In this document: piece by piece, positions 10,817-21,219 of the stretch
How positions within the stretch are numbered: position 1 is the stretch's first letter
Layout: each line of letters starts with the position of its first letter
Origin: Nitrosopumilus sp.
Lineage (GTDB): Archaea > Thermoproteota > Nitrososphaeria > Nitrososphaerales > Nitrosopumilaceae
Direction: 5' to 3'
Assembly (NCBI GenBank): GCA_965218785.1
Contig: OZ244650.1
Span: 1,824,001-1,888,000 of the forward strand
Length of the DNA stretch: 64,000 bases
Position numbers and translations under genes: made by a program
Notes under the pieces: generated by a model
Told to the model about the DNA's origin: nothing
Seen by the model: the letters and a program-made list of their open reading frames with translations, nothing else
Database searches by the model: none

Positions 10817-11292
10817 GATTTTCTCTCCTCTTTACGACTTTTTAAACTATCTCTGACCTTAATTGCTACACCCGTATCAAAATCTAAGATCATCTCACTA
10901 GATAGAACAGCCCTGCCAACTGCAATGACCTTGTCTTTGAACAGTACCGGAGTATCAGCAGAAATTCGTACTTTATTTCCACACCATACAACATGTTTAC
11001 AAAATACAGATCTGCCTTCTTTGACAAATGGGGCGGCATCTTTGTTGATCTCAATACAGTTTTCACGGAATACTTTGCTCTTTAACAAAATTTGGGCAAA
11101 ATAGAGACTGATTGCCAGACCTCCATCAATTCTCAAAGTGCACAGTAGCTTCCCTTTGTGTGTTGCAGTTCTTATTCTTCCGGTTTTTCTAGAAAAAGTC
11201 ATTTCAATGTCCTTGGGCAAATGTCTGGATACGCCATTTCCAAATAACGCATCAATGGAATACTGAAGCTTGAGAATTTGATCCATATACAT
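10813..11292 (-). CDS. PUA-domain protein (archaeosine TGT C-terminal-like)
   Basis: SRKTGRIR, APFVKEGRSVFCKHV, AVGRA, GVAIKVR. Confidence 0.85.
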   Translation of the reverse strand: MYMDQILKLQYSIDALFGNGVSRHLPKDIEMTFSRKTGRIRTATHKGKLLCTLRIDGGLAISLYFAQILLKSKVFRENCIEINKDAAPFVKEGRSVFCKHVVWCGNKVRISADTPVLFKDKVIAVGRAVLSSEMILDFDTGVAIKVRDSLKSRKEERKS

Positions 11293-11377
11293 AGACGATC
11301 CTTTGTAAATATTAGTTCAATGTAAAACTATATCAGAAATATCAAACTATATAGACCAGTTTTTTTCTCTTTAGATC

Positions 11378-12424
11378 ATGGAAGAAATAGGTGAGACAAG
11401 GAAAATCCAATTTACAGGAAAATCATCATACATAATTTCGTTACCAAAACAGTGGGTAATGGAGTTGGGCCTAAAACAAGGAGATCAGATTAGAATGGTC
11501 AGAAAAGGTTCATCAACATTAGAACTTTACCCACCAAAATTTGAATCTCGGACCCAAAAGAAGGAGGATGCAGTCATAGAGATTAATGTTGAAGAGGAAG
11601 CATCTTCAATCGTTAGAAAATTAATTTCTTTGTATTTTTTGGGATTCAAAACCATTCATGTTAAACCAAAAAATGGCAGACTAAGTCCGAATCAAAGAAA
11701 CACCGTAAAGGGTGCTGTTAAACGGATGTTGATGGGTTCTGAAATTATTTCTGATTCAAGTGTAGGAATCACAGTACAGGTTCTTGTCAATTTACTAGAA
11801 TTGTCAGTTGATGGAGCGTTCAAAAGAATGATCCATCTAGCAAAATCAATGTCCAGTGATGCAATTTTAGCAGTAAAGGAGAACAACCTGGATCTAGCTC
11901 AAGAAGTAATCAATACGGATGATGAAGTAGATAGATTCGGATTTTATATTATTCGTCAATTAAAGATAGCCATACAAAATGAACACATGTTAAAAGAGAT
12001 GGGTTTTAGAAACGCCAGAAATTGCCTAGGATATAGATTAATTGTAAAAAATATAGAAAGAGCAGGAGATCATGCGGCATTTATCGCAAAAGATCTTCTA
12101 GAGTTTAAAAAATCAGTCAAAAAAGAGATTTTAGAAAAGCTGCAGGAGATGAATGAATTTTGTTTGTCAGTACTAGATGAATCATGCCTGGCATTATTCA
12201 AAGAAGACTATTCACAGGCAGAAAAAACCATTAAAAAAACAGATGAAATTTCCAAATATGAGAAAAAGGTCAGAGATGCCTCAAAACTGCTAAAAGATGA
12301 TGAGGAAATTTGGAGGATTAGAAGAATGACTGAGAATATTCGAAGAGTATCTGAATATGCCAGTGACATTGCAGAAATTGTTTTGAATATGAATATAGAA
12401 AAGACACTAAAAAAATCAGGATGA
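11378..12424 (+). CDS. phoU: AbrB-PhoU phosphate uptake regulator
   Basis: RKIQFTGKSSYIISLPKQW AbrB domain; DDEVDR and ERAGDHA PhoU repeats. Confidence 0.9.
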   Translation: MEEIGETRKIQFTGKSSYIISLPKQWVMELGLKQGDQIRMVRKGSSTLELYPPKFESRTQKKEDAVIEINVEEEASSIVRKLISLYFLGFKTIHVKPKNGRLSPNQRNTVKGAVKRMLMGSEIISDSSVGITVQVLVNLLELSVDGAFKRMIHLAKSMSSDAILAVKENNLDLAQEVINTDDEVDRFGFYIIRQLKIAIQNEHMLKEMGFRNARNCLGYRLIVKNIERAGDHAAFIAKDLLEFKKSVKKEILEKLQEMNEFCLSVLDESCLALFKEDYSQAEKTIKKTDEISKYEKKVRDASKLLKDDEEIWRIRRMTENIRRVSEYASDIAEIVLNMNIEKTLKKSG

Positions 12425-12480
12425 TTTATCAAAAACAGGTAGAATCTTTAACTCGAATTATGTGGAAGTATTGAATCAAA

Positions 12481-13599
12481 ATGAACTCGGCGATTTTAAT
12501 CACATATAACAAGGATGATGCAGTTAGTGAGGCAAAAGGACTATGCGATGCAGCAGGATACCAAATAGTTCACGTGATCAAACAAAAGTTCCTAAGAAAA
12601 CCAAAATACGGAATTAGCGGCGGGGTTTTAGAAGGACTAGAAGAGATGGCAGAAAAACTCAGGCCAGACGTAATTGTTTTTGATGAAATCCTAAAACCAA
12701 GCCAGAATTACAACCTTGCATCGGTTTTACACAGGGAGGTTTTAGACAGGGAGGCGCTGATTCTTGAAATTTTTGAAAGCAGGGCATCAAGTGCAGAATC
12801 AAAATTACAGGTAAAACTAGCACAATTAAGATATGAGATGGCAAGGGCAAAAGAAAAAGTCCGTCTTTCAAGTATGGGAGAACAGCCAGGATTTATGGGA
12901 ATAGGAAAATTCGAGGTGGATGTGTATTATAATGATATCAAACATAGAATGCAGACAGTAAGATCTAAACTCAAAAAAGCTGGAAAACAAAGAGAGCTCC
13001 ACAGACAGGGAAGAAAGAGAATGGGATTCAAGACAATCTCACTAGCAGGATACACATCTGCAGGAAAAACGACATTGTTTAACAAAATGACAGGAGAGAC
13101 ACGAACGCAGAGTAAGGAACTGTTTACAACTCTTTCAACGACTACACGAAGAGTTACGATTAAGCAAGAGCCGTTCCTAATTTCAGATACGGTAGGCTTT
13201 ATCAGTAAATTGCCTGCATACATGATAGATGCATTCAAATCCACACTAGAAGAGCTGGGACATACGGACATAATCATTGTTGTCGTAGATATTAGCGATT
13301 CAATGTTTGAATTAAAAAAGAAGTTTGCCAGCTGCATGAGAACGTTAAGTGAGTTAGAAATTCAAAAAGACAAGATGGTATATGCATTAAACAAAGTAGA
13401 TTTGTTGGAATCCGGAGAACTAGAGCAGAAAATTAACATGTTAAATTTAACTGAGAATAAAAAATTGATTTCAGTGTCTTCAAAAACAGGCAAGAACGTT
13501 AAGGAACTTGGAGTGTTAATCAAGGACATCATAGAAAGTCAGGATTCGTACAAATTCAAGGGGAATACTCTGGGAGTTGAAGAAACATTTGGCAATTGA
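12481..13599 (+). CDS. hflX: GTPase HflX
   Basis: [29 protein letters not shown]. Confidence 0.95.
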   Translation: MNSAILITYNKDDAVSEAKGLCDAAGYQIVHVIKQKFLRKPKYGISGGVLEGLEEMAEKLRPDVIVFDEILKPSQNYNLASVLHREVLDREALILEIFESRASSAESKLQVKLAQLRYEMARAKEKVRLSSMGEQPGFMGIGKFEVDVYYNDIKHRMQTVRSKLKKAGKQRELHRQGRKRMGFKTISLAGYTSAGKTTLFNKMTGETRTQSKELFTTLSTTTRRVTIKQEPFLISDTVGFISKLPAYMIDAFKSTLEELGHTDIIIVVVDISDSMFELKKKFASCMRTLSELEIQKDKMVYALNKVDLLESGELEQKINMLNLTENKKLISVSSKTGKNVKELGVLIKDIIESQDSYKFKGNTLGVEETFGN

Positions 13600-14122
13600 G
13601 GTAGTTAGAATTGGACAACGTCTTGTAAGGGATGACAGGGTTACGACCCATGTCGCATTAGTTTCAAGAGCATTTGGAGCTAGAAAGATTTTCATGACCG
13701 AGGTTAATCCAGAAATCAAAGAAACATTAGAAAAGATCAATGATACCTGGGGGGGAAATTTTGAAGTTGAATTTATTGATAAATGGAAATCCGTCATAAA
13801 AAAGAAAAAAGAAGATGGTTTTAGAGTTGTACACCTTTCAATGTATGGGGAAAAAATTGATGACGTACAGGAAAAACTCCGAAAAGAAGAAAATCTGCTA
13901 GTTGTTGTAGGTGCCGAAAAAGTCCCAAGGGAGATTTATGAATTATCAGACTATAATGTGGGGGTGGGAAGTCAGCCACATTCAGAAATTAGTGCGTTGG
14001 CAATACTGCTAGATCGTATCCAAAATGGAAGGCAATTTGAGAGGGAATTCCCAGATGCAAGAAGGAAGATTATACCCACGAAAATGGGTAAGAATGTTCA
14101 AGTAAAAGAAACAAGGGATTAA
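13577..14122 (+). CDS. trm56: tRNA (cytidine(56)-2'-O)-methyltransferase
   Basis: [35 protein letters not shown]. Confidence 0.93.
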   Translation: MKKHLAIEVVRIGQRLVRDDRVTTHVALVSRAFGARKIFMTEVNPEIKETLEKINDTWGGNFEVEFIDKWKSVIKKKKEDGFRVVHLSMYGEKIDDVQEKLRKEENLLVVVGAEKVPREIYELSDYNVGVGSQPHSEISALAILLDRIQNGRQFEREFPDARRKIIPTKMGKNVQVKETRD

Positions 14123-14148
14123 TAATAGAAAATTGTCAGTTATTAGAG

Positions 14149-14664
14149 TTGGTAGACAAATACGAAGATCCTTTTGTTAGAATCGCCTCGATGATTGGAG
14201 GAGATGAGTATCTCAAAGTAGCAAGATCGCTGCTAAAAGCGGAAGATGCAACAGATGAAGAGATTGCCAGTTCCACAGGTCTTCGAATCAATATGGTAAG
14301 AAAGGTATTGTATGATCTGTTTGGAAAATCACTCATTACCGGAATCAGGGTAAAAGATGAGAGAAAGGGATGGTTTGTCTACAGATGGAGAACCAGAAGA
14401 GAAGAAGTCGAACATTTTATTGAAAATCAGAAAAAGAAAGTTTCAGACAGATTACAGCAGAGGTTAGATTATGAAAATGCTTCTGACTTTTATCATTGTG
14501 GTAATGAGGATTGCTCAAGAATAACATTTGAGGAAGCACTTGAAGGCATGTTCAAATGTCCGTCATGTGGAAACGTCCTAAATCTAAAAAAGAATGATAA
14601 ATCTAAAAAAGCATATTCAAGAAAAATTGATGAAATCAACAATGATATGCAACAAACATTCTGA
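14149..14664 (+). CDS. tfe: Transcription factor E alpha
   Basis: TDEEIA winged helix, GWFVYRW, zinc ribbon FKCPSCG. Confidence 0.93.
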   Translation: MVDKYEDPFVRIASMIGGDEYLKVARSLLKAEDATDEEIASSTGLRINMVRKVLYDLFGKSLITGIRVKDERKGWFVYRWRTRREEVEHFIENQKKKVSDRLQQRLDYENASDFYHCGNEDCSRITFEEALEGMFKCPSCGNVLNLKKNDKSKKAYSRKIDEINNDMQQTF

Positions 14665-14721
14665 TCGCATTTGGAAATAATCAAAATTTCAGTAATTTAA
14701 AGCGCCATATATGCAGAATTA

Positions 14722-14856
14722 ATCCGTCAAGTGAAAAGCTGAGTATTCCTTAAGTATGATCTACGCGTACTATATGTGGCGAGGGTGCTCGATAACATCA
14801 GTTGTTAAGTAAGGATCAATGAGATCTTGGGAACGCCTTGAGCTTTGAAATACATT
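14722..14856. ncRNA. Candidate structured ncRNA (long irregular hairpin)
   Basis: AAAGCT/AGCTTT, TTCC/GGAA, TGATC/GATCA, ATGT/ACAT, CGAG-ggtg-CTCG nested pairings; TTTAAA just upstream. Confidence 0.3.
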
Positions 14857-14862
14857 CAGGGT

Positions 14863-15180
14863 TCATGATTCCTGTAAAGGAGGATCCTCGTCAAATTCTT
14901 CGTCGTCTTCTGAATCATCTTCTTCTGAATCATCCTCACACTCTTCCATCTCTATATGTGTAGGATTTCCATCTTCTCCAAAGTATATCTCGATGCATAT
15001 GTCGGTGGATAATGTAGTGGCTAGAGTTTCTACTAGTTCCTTAGGAAAGTTTCCTAGTCTGCTGGGATCTGAAGAATATCTGTATTGAGTAACTTCATCA
15101 TCATGATAGAAATCCACCTCGATATCTCCATTAGTAAATTTTCTAACTCCCGTTACTTGACCAAACAGGCTATAAGACAA
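14863..15180 (-). CDS. Hypothetical protein with acidic C-terminal tail
   Basis: 105-aa ORF coupled to the hemerythrin gene. Confidence 0.8.
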   Translation of the reverse strand: MSYSLFGQVTGVRKFTNGDIEVDFYHDDEVTQYRYSSDPSRLGNFPKELVETLATTLSTDICIEIYFGEDGNPTHIEMEECEDDSEEDDSEDDEEFDEDPPLQES

Positions 15181-15182
15181 AT

Positions 15183-15740
15183 TTAATTTCCCCGTCCAGA
15201 TACATCTCTTAGAAGATTTTCAGCCAGTTGATTGTAATGTTCTCTAGACTTTCCCAAATCTTTTAGTTTTGATTCTTCGATTTCATCGAGTTCTTGGTCG
15301 ACTTTTTCTGAAACATGCTGCAACCGTGCATCTGCCATCATGAATAACCTGTTGTTTTCTTTCCACAGATGTTCGGTAACATGTTCAATATATTTTTGCA
15401 TATCATCAATCAATTTTGTAGAATCATCTGACAAAAGATATTCTTTGGCGGATTCTTCCATTTGAATTCCAATTTCTCTTGTACGTTGATGATCAATTAA
15501 CATCATTGCAATAGGTCCCATATTACTTGGCATTCCAGATTGCTCTAATGCAGGAAACAATGATTTCTCTTCCTTGCTATGATGACAAACATCTGTAAAG
15601 TTTTTTGAAAAATCAATTACGGGAAGCAGGATTGATTCAGGAATTTTTTTACCGTCATTTAGCAGCTGGATGGTAGATTCCATAGCTTTGATAACTTTTT
15701 CAATTAAATCATGATCTCGTCTTAATGATGCAGTTGACAT
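15183..15740 (-). CDS. Hemerythrin/HHE cation-binding protein
   Basis: LRRDH, CHHSKEEKSLFP, MLIDH, EHLWKEN..LF. Confidence 0.9.
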   Translation of the reverse strand: MSTASLRRDHDLIEKVIKAMESTIQLLNDGKKIPESILLPVIDFSKNFTDVCHHSKEEKSLFPALEQSGMPSNMGPIAMMLIDHQRTREIGIQMEESAKEYLLSDDSTKLIDDMQKYIEHVTEHLWKENNRLFMMADARLQHVSEKVDQELDEIEESKLKDLGKSREHYNQLAENLLRDVSGRGN

Positions 15741-15839
15741 TGTAACTTTACAGAAATTCCAATATCTATATCCTATTTATTTTAAGATAAATAATTAAAA
15801 GATAGAAATTAGTTAACGATTTCGCGTTAACAAGTAGGT

Positions 15840-16073
15840 TTAACGGTTAGAAAGACTTTGTGATTTTACAAAAGCCCAAATCTTTTTAGTCATTTCACTT
15901 GGTGGGATTGCTTTGCGTCCAAAAACTTGTTCCAAAGTTTCTTTACGACCTGCAAAACTTATTACATAACCACCAAATGCGGGTTTTTTGGATGTTGATT
16001 TCGTCTTATTTTTTGTCGCAACCTTTTTTGTTGTTACAACCTTCTTTTTTGTTGGTTTCTTTTTTACTGCCAA
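15840..16073 (-). CDS. Short SWIB/MDM2-like protein with Lys-rich tail
   Basis: LEQVFG..IPPSEMTKKIWAFVKSQSL resembles the SWIB N-half; KKKPTKKK tail. Confidence 0.7.
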   Translation of the reverse strand: MAVKKKPTKKKVVTTKKVATKNKTKSTSKKPAFGGYVISFAGRKETLEQVFGRKAIPPSEMTKKIWAFVKSQSLSNR

Positions 16074-16108
16074 TGTCTTACAATTTTATTTTGAATTAAG
16101 TATATAAC

Positions 16109-16768
16109 TTACACCTTAACATAATGCAAAACAAGGTAATTTTTGAGCCTTTTAACTGCCTTGAGACGTAAAACAGGGGAATTTGAAATCTTTTCAAAGC
16201 CCCTTCCACCTGCAAAAGAAATGGCATCATCTCCCCCTCCAACTAAAAATGGGGATAATGTAACGATTAATTCATCAAAAATGCCATATTTAATAAATTC
16301 CCAATTAACGGTTCCACCGCCCTCGACAAGAATTGTCTGAATTTTTTTCTCTGAAAGTTTTTTCAGTAATAATTTAAGACTTGTAGATCTTTGACCGGCA
16401 ACGATTATGTCTACAGGAAATTCGTGTAGTTTGTCAAAATTTGATTTGTTGATTTTTTTGGATACGGCTATGATGGTTGGAATTTTATGACTTGTTTGTA
16501 GGATTTTTGATTTTCTAGATATGCTGCCATTAGAATCCAAAATTATTCTAATCGGATTTTTTCCTTTGATATGTCGTACAGTCAGCAAAGGATCATCTCT
16601 TAAGACGGTGTTTTTGCCAACAAGGATTGCATCCACTTTGGATCTTAATTTATGAAGTCTAACGGCATCTTGTTTTGAAGACATCTTTGAATCGCCTGTT
16701 CTAGTCGCAATCTTTCCGTCAATTGATATTGCCGCGCTTAGAATTACATACGGTCTAGATTTTGCCAT
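16109..16768 (-). CDS. arfC: 2,5-diamino-6-(ribosylamino)-4(3H)-pyrimidinone 5'-phosphate reductase (RibD C-domain)
   Basis: SAAISIDGKIA, DAILVG..T...DDPLLTVR, LVEGGG. Confidence 0.88.
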   Translation of the reverse strand: MAKSRPYVILSAAISIDGKIATRTGDSKMSSKQDAVRLHKLRSKVDAILVGKNTVLRDDPLLTVRHIKGKNPIRIILDSNGSISRKSKILQTSHKIPTIIAVSKKINKSNFDKLHEFPVDIIVAGQRSTSLKLLLKKLSEKKIQTILVEGGGTVNWEFIKYGIFDELIVTLSPFLVGGGDDAISFAGGRGFEKISNSPVLRLKAVKRLKNYLVLHYVKV

Positions 16769-17945
16769 GTACGATTTTACCTCCAATCATTACTGCCTTT
16801 ATTGCGGATTCTGTTGCTCTGTGAACAATTGATGCATGCGGATTGTGCATTGGTTCCAAATCTAATGCATGTTTATCAAGAAAAATACAATCAGCAGTCA
16901 TTCCAGCTTGAATGATTCCAATATTTTTTTTCAAAATTTTTCCACCGTTTACCGTGGCCATTTTGAGAATTTCTTTAGGATTGATTCTTTTTTTATGAAT
17001 TCCCATAGTTGCCTTCCAAAGAAAATCCATTTCTCTGAACATGTCCGGAGAATTTATCATGACGTTATCTGTACCTAAAGCAATCGTGCATCCTGCCTTC
17101 CTCATTAGTTCTATATCTGGAATGCCCTCAGCCAAAGAAGAATTAGCTCTCGGACATATTACAATTCCCCGGGTTTTTTTTGCCGCTGTATGAAGATCAC
17201 GTTTTGAAGCATGAGTCATATGAACCAGAAAATGTGGTTTTAGCAATAATGCCCGAATTGTTTCAGATTTTCCAGTAATTTTTTTGGATTTAGAAACACT
17301 CTGCTTGGTTTCAGAAGAATGTATGACCCTGAGTTTTGTTGTTTTTGAATAATAATTGAGAACAGATGAGCTATTTTCATTTGCGCCACTAATGCCAATT
17401 CCATCACAGTTTTTGATTAATCCATCAAGATCCGTAATTTTTTCTCTGGGATAAGGCAGATTTTTTCTAATTTCGGCAGATTTTTGATAAAACTCGATCC
17501 GACCCAGAATAACTGCGCGTAGAGGAATATCCGATAATATTTTTTGGAGTAAAATAACGCCATCTAATCCGCCCTCTCTGAAATCCACAAATGTGGTGAT
17601 CCCTTTTTGGATCATAGAATAACACGTATTTTTCATAAAGGTGGATAAATTTTTTTGGGATGTGTTTTTTAGAATTTTTGATTTGGCTCCAAATACCGGA
17701 TGAATTCTTTTATCAACAGAACTGTCGAGTGTTACATCTTTCCCAATTGAATCACCTATGTGTGTATGGGCATTGATAAATCCTGGAATTAATAAAAGAC
17801 CTTGACAATCTATGGATTCCTCCCTGTTGTTTGGAGCGTATTTTGACTGAATTTTCTTAAAGGTGTCATTTTGAATGTGAATGTTAGTATCTGAAATGAA
17901 ATCTAATTCTTCACCAGATAACACACTTGTATTTTTTATTAACAT
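16755..17945 (-). CDS. Amidohydrolase superfamily protein; probable riboflavin-pathway pyrimidine deaminase
   Basis: PGFINAHTH, HSSE, VHMTH, LGTDN; embedded in the rib operon. Confidence 0.8.
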   Translation of the reverse strand: MLIKNTSVLSGEELDFISDTNIHIQNDTFKKIQSKYAPNNREESIDCQGLLLIPGFINAHTHIGDSIGKDVTLDSSVDKRIHPVFGAKSKILKNTSQKNLSTFMKNTCYSMIQKGITTFVDFREGGLDGVILLQKILSDIPLRAVILGRIEFYQKSAEIRKNLPYPREKITDLDGLIKNCDGIGISGANENSSSVLNYYSKTTKLRVIHSSETKQSVSKSKKITGKSETIRALLLKPHFLVHMTHASKRDLHTAAKKTRGIVICPRANSSLAEGIPDIELMRKAGCTIALGTDNVMINSPDMFREMDFLWKATMGIHKKRINPKEILKMATVNGGKILKKNIGIIQAGMTADCIFLDKHALDLEPMHNPHASIVHRATESAIKAVMIGGKIVHGKI

Positions 17946-18691
17946 GATAATTCATAAACTTCAGGTTTTTCTTTTCCTGAATCCCGAATTTCTCGTATTG
18001 TATCAAGGGATTTTGTAGCTAACTTGACTGCTTCCCTAGCAGAATGTCCATTGCCAATCCCGCAGTTCAAAGAAATTTTGTCATCATTTTTAATCATGTT
18101 AATAAAATTCTGGACTGAATTTTTTGCATCATCAGTTGCAATCACCATAAAATTATCACCGCCCATAAAAAATGCAAGTGAATTTTTTGCCAGGAAGAAT
18201 TTTGACATTTTAGAATATAATTGGAAAATTATTGATGAAATTTCATAGGGAGAGTTGGTTTGTCTTCTTGAAGTAAGATCATCCACATCCAAATGCATTA
18301 TTGAGACACTTGAATCAGACTTGCCATTTACAAAACCAAAGATGTTATGTTCTTTATCTAGAATTGTCTCATTTTTCTTTCCCTCATATGCCTTCAGATT
18401 TGCCTCAAACGGGGATTTGCCGTAGCCAATTGAAATGGTGAGGCGTATATCAAATAATTTTTCAAGTGATTTTTGAATTTGAACATGATCATCTAATCCA
18501 AGTCCGTTTGATACGACAAAAAACTCATCTGCCCGATTTAGAAAAACCAGGCAGTTTTTTTCTGAGAATAGCTTTTGTATTTCTTTGTAAAGAGACGCCT
18601 GAAGCATTTGTAGTTCATGTTCTCTATCACTTCCCAACGTCAGTGTCCAGGGACCATATCCGGCAATTTTTAAAATACTAAGTTGGATCAT
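17939..18691 (-). CDS. gch3: GTP cyclohydrolase III (IIa)
   Basis: YGPWTLTLGSDREHELQ, RADEF, FMGGDNF. Confidence 0.92.
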   Translation of the reverse strand: MIQLSILKIAGYGPWTLTLGSDREHELQMLQASLYKEIQKLFSEKNCLVFLNRADEFFVVSNGLGLDDHVQIQKSLEKLFDIRLTISIGYGKSPFEANLKAYEGKKNETILDKEHNIFGFVNGKSDSSVSIMHLDVDDLTSRRQTNSPYEISSIIFQLYSKMSKFFLAKNSLAFFMGGDNFMVIATDDAKNSVQNFINMIKNDDKISLNCGIGNGHSAREAVKLATKSLDTIREIRDSGKEKPEVYELSC

Positions 18692-19104
18692 TTTTGAATC
18701 CTCTGTAATTCTTTTGAGATCTTTACCATTGCTTCAACTGCACGTTCTGCAACAGGTCTTATTCTAGCATAAGCGTGTCTTTCCTGCATTCCGGGGCCGG
18801 ATATTCCCAAGGAAACAGGTTTTTGGTATTTTATTGATAAATCAACAAGGGATCTTGCCACTGTATGAGAAATCACTTCATCATGCTTTGTTTGTCCCTT
18901 GATTATTGCACCCAAAGTGACTACGCCGTCAACATTCTTTTTCCTCAATAATGTATCAACAATAACAGGCATGTCAAATGCACCGGGAACCCTGCACGTA
19001 TAGACTATCTTTAATTTCATCAGGTCTGCCTTTTCTTGAGCTACAGAAAGCATCCTAGATGTCACTTTATCATTGAATTCTGAAACTATTACTGCAATAT
19101 TCAA
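18688..19104 (-). CDS. ribH: 6,7-dimethyl-8-ribityllumazine synthase
   Basis: VSEFN, VPGAFDMP, LGAIIKGQTKHD, KPVSLG. Confidence 0.95.
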   Translation of the reverse strand: MNIAVIVSEFNDKVTSRMLSVAQEKADLMKLKIVYTCRVPGAFDMPVIVDTLLRKKNVDGVVTLGAIIKGQTKHDEVISHTVARSLVDLSIKYQKPVSLGISGPGMQERHAYARIRPVAERAVEAMVKISKELQRIQK

Positions 19105-19106
19105 AA

Positions 19107-19772
19107 CTAGTGCACCTTGGCGTATTCTAAAAGTTCTTTTCCATCAATCAATGGAATTCCATGTTGTTTGCCGAATTTTTCTGCTTTATCTACAGATAAT
19201 GCAGTATACGTTTCAGCATCCATCATCTCACAAATTGCAGTAATTGGAGTCAGTCCGGCAATTTGAGCTAGATAAACAGACATTTCAGTATGTCCCTGAC
19301 GTGCGGCCAGTAGTCCTTTGGAGGCTATCAACAGGGGAACATGACCCGGAGTTTTAAAAGATGATGCGAATTTCTTTTGTTTGTTTTCAACGTTATAGAT
19401 ATTTGTCATTTCATTGATTGTCAACGCCCTGTCCTTGTCCGTAATTCCAGTATAAGTCTGATAGTGATTTATAGACAGGGAAAAAGTCGGGTGATCACCG
19501 TAGGGTGCCAAACCCATTATCATTTCTTTGTTCGAAATCGGGGAATCAGAAAGAATTTCATGCATGTATTTCAAGTCCAAAGATGCCGCAAAATTATGAT
19601 CTATTGCCATGCACAACAACCCGCCGGCATGTTGACGCATTCTTGCAATATGTTCGGGCGTGACAAATTCTGCAGGTACGACCATGTCAACTTCATTTTC
19701 TCTGCCAGCAGAGTCAAACAGTAAAACAAATTCCCCGCGTTTTAGGAATTCCAATGAGGATTCAAGAGGCAT
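19107..19772 (-). CDS. ribB: 3,4-dihydroxy-2-butanone-4-phosphate synthase
   Basis: DSAGRENEVD, TGITDKDRALT, PGHV, RQGHTE, ICEM; likely start MPLESS. Confidence 0.95.
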   Translation of the reverse strand: MPLESSLEFLKRGEFVLLFDSAGRENEVDMVVPAEFVTPEHIARMRQHAGGLLCMAIDHNFAASLDLKYMHEILSDSPISNKEMIMGLAPYGDHPTFSLSINHYQTYTGITDKDRALTINEMTNIYNVENKQKKFASSFKTPGHVPLLIASKGLLAARQGHTEMSVYLAQIAGLTPITAICEMMDAETYTALSVDKAEKFGKQHGIPLIDGKELLEYAKVH

Positions 19773-19850
19773 ATGCAAAAATTCCTGCAATCTAATTATA
19801 AAGTTTACTAAAAAATTGGTAATTACCACTAAAATTGTATATAATTGGCT

Positions 19851-20435
19851 TTATTTTAGGATGTATTTCCCAAGAATATCAGTTTCAATATTAACTTTAT
19901 CGCCTACTTTCTTGGTTTGAAAATTTGTCAGTTGGATAGTATGAGGAATTAATGAAACAGTTGCAAGGGTGTTTTTGATATCAACAACTGTCAGACTGAT
20001 TCCATCTACAGCGATGGATCCCTTTTTCACCACATATTTTGATAGTTTTTTAGGAACCTCAAACCAAACCCGGACTTCCTTGGGTTTTTTTTGAATTTTT
20101 CTAATAATTCCTACTCCGTCTACATGACCCAATACAAAATGTCCTTCTAATCTATCACCGGTTTTCAGACTTCGTTCAATGTTTACATGTCCGCCGACTT
20201 TGAGGTTTCCAAGATCTGTTTTTTTAGTTGTCTCTTCAATCATTTCAAAAACACAGTCAGATTTAGATAGTTTTGTGGCAGTAAGACAGACACCGTTAAG
20301 AGCAACGCTTTGTCCAATTTTCAGTCCTTTGGCATGTTTTCCCAGATTGACAGTCATTTGAATGGCGCTTCTATTTTTAGTATTTTTAGAAATCCGTCGT
20401 ACCTTGCCAATACCTTCAACTATTCCTGTAAACAT
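19851..20435 (-). CDS. ribE: Riboflavin synthase, bacterial alpha-chain type
   Basis: N-terminal MFTGIVE, SVALNGVCLT, GHFVLGHVDG, VNIETD. Confidence 0.93.
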   Translation of the reverse strand: MFTGIVEGIGKVRRISKNTKNRSAIQMTVNLGKHAKGLKIGQSVALNGVCLTATKLSKSDCVFEMIEETTKKTDLGNLKVGGHVNIERSLKTGDRLEGHFVLGHVDGVGIIRKIQKKPKEVRVWFEVPKKLSKYVVKKGSIAVDGISLTVVDIKNTLATVSLIPHTIQLTNFQTKKVGDKVNIETDILGKYILK

Positions 20436-20465
20436 TAAGAATTGGTACTGATTCTTTGTATAAAA

Positions 20466-21170
20466 TTATTTGGAATCATACGTTTCAAATTCATTCTCAC
20501 AAAATTGATGAAATACCGAACATTTGTTTTTCTTGGCGTCGATCTTAATTTGTTCCATGTTCTTGTTAAGCACTCCCTGTGCTGCTAAAAACGCATCGTC
20601 TTCCATACCTAATTTTCTTAGTAATTGTGATTTCGCAAGCGGGGCTTCCTTCAAGCTAGAATCAATCATCTGGACTTTATCATAATAGTCTACGGCGTCC
20701 TTGTAATTGCCCAGATGACTAAGGGAAATGGCCTTGTTCATCAGTGCAGTAACATCAGTCAAGTCTATTTGCAGGGATTTGTCATAACATTCAAGAGCCT
20801 CCTGGTGTCGATTCAGTTCGTTGAGGGACAATCCCATGCTGTTTAGAGTCCAAACATCCCGAGAATTCTTGGATAGAATTTCTTTACATAATTTTAAAAC
20901 CTGTTCGTGTTGTTTCAAGCTTTCAAGTGCGTAGATCTTGTTTTTTAGTGCATAAACATCCGATTTTTTTATTTTCAAGACCTTGTCGCAATAGAGAATT
21001 GCCTCATCATATTTTTTTAAATAAATCAAGGCCAGGCAGATATTCTGAAGTGCGACCATATCATTAGGTATTTTTTCAAGCAGGTTTTTGCAGTAATTAT
21101 ACATATCATCGTATTTTCCAGAATTAAACATTCTAGTGATTACATTTGTAGGATCAAGAAGATCAATCAT
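20466..21170 (-). CDS. TPR repeat protein
   Basis: Several 34-aa TPR motifs (EA..CYDK.L.I). Confidence 0.88.
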   Translation of the reverse strand: MIDLLDPTNVITRMFNSGKYDDMYNYCKNLLEKIPNDMVALQNICLALIYLKKYDEAILYCDKVLKIKKSDVYALKNKIYALESLKQHEQVLKLCKEILSKNSRDVWTLNSMGLSLNELNRHQEALECYDKSLQIDLTDVTALMNKAISLSHLGNYKDAVDYYDKVQMIDSSLKEAPLAKSQLLRKLGMEDDAFLAAQGVLNKNMEQIKIDAKKNKCSVFHQFCENEFETYDSK

Positions 21171-21219
21171 TTACTATGATTTTATTAGAATCCTCATGTC
21201 TTTAATGTATTCTAAGAGG

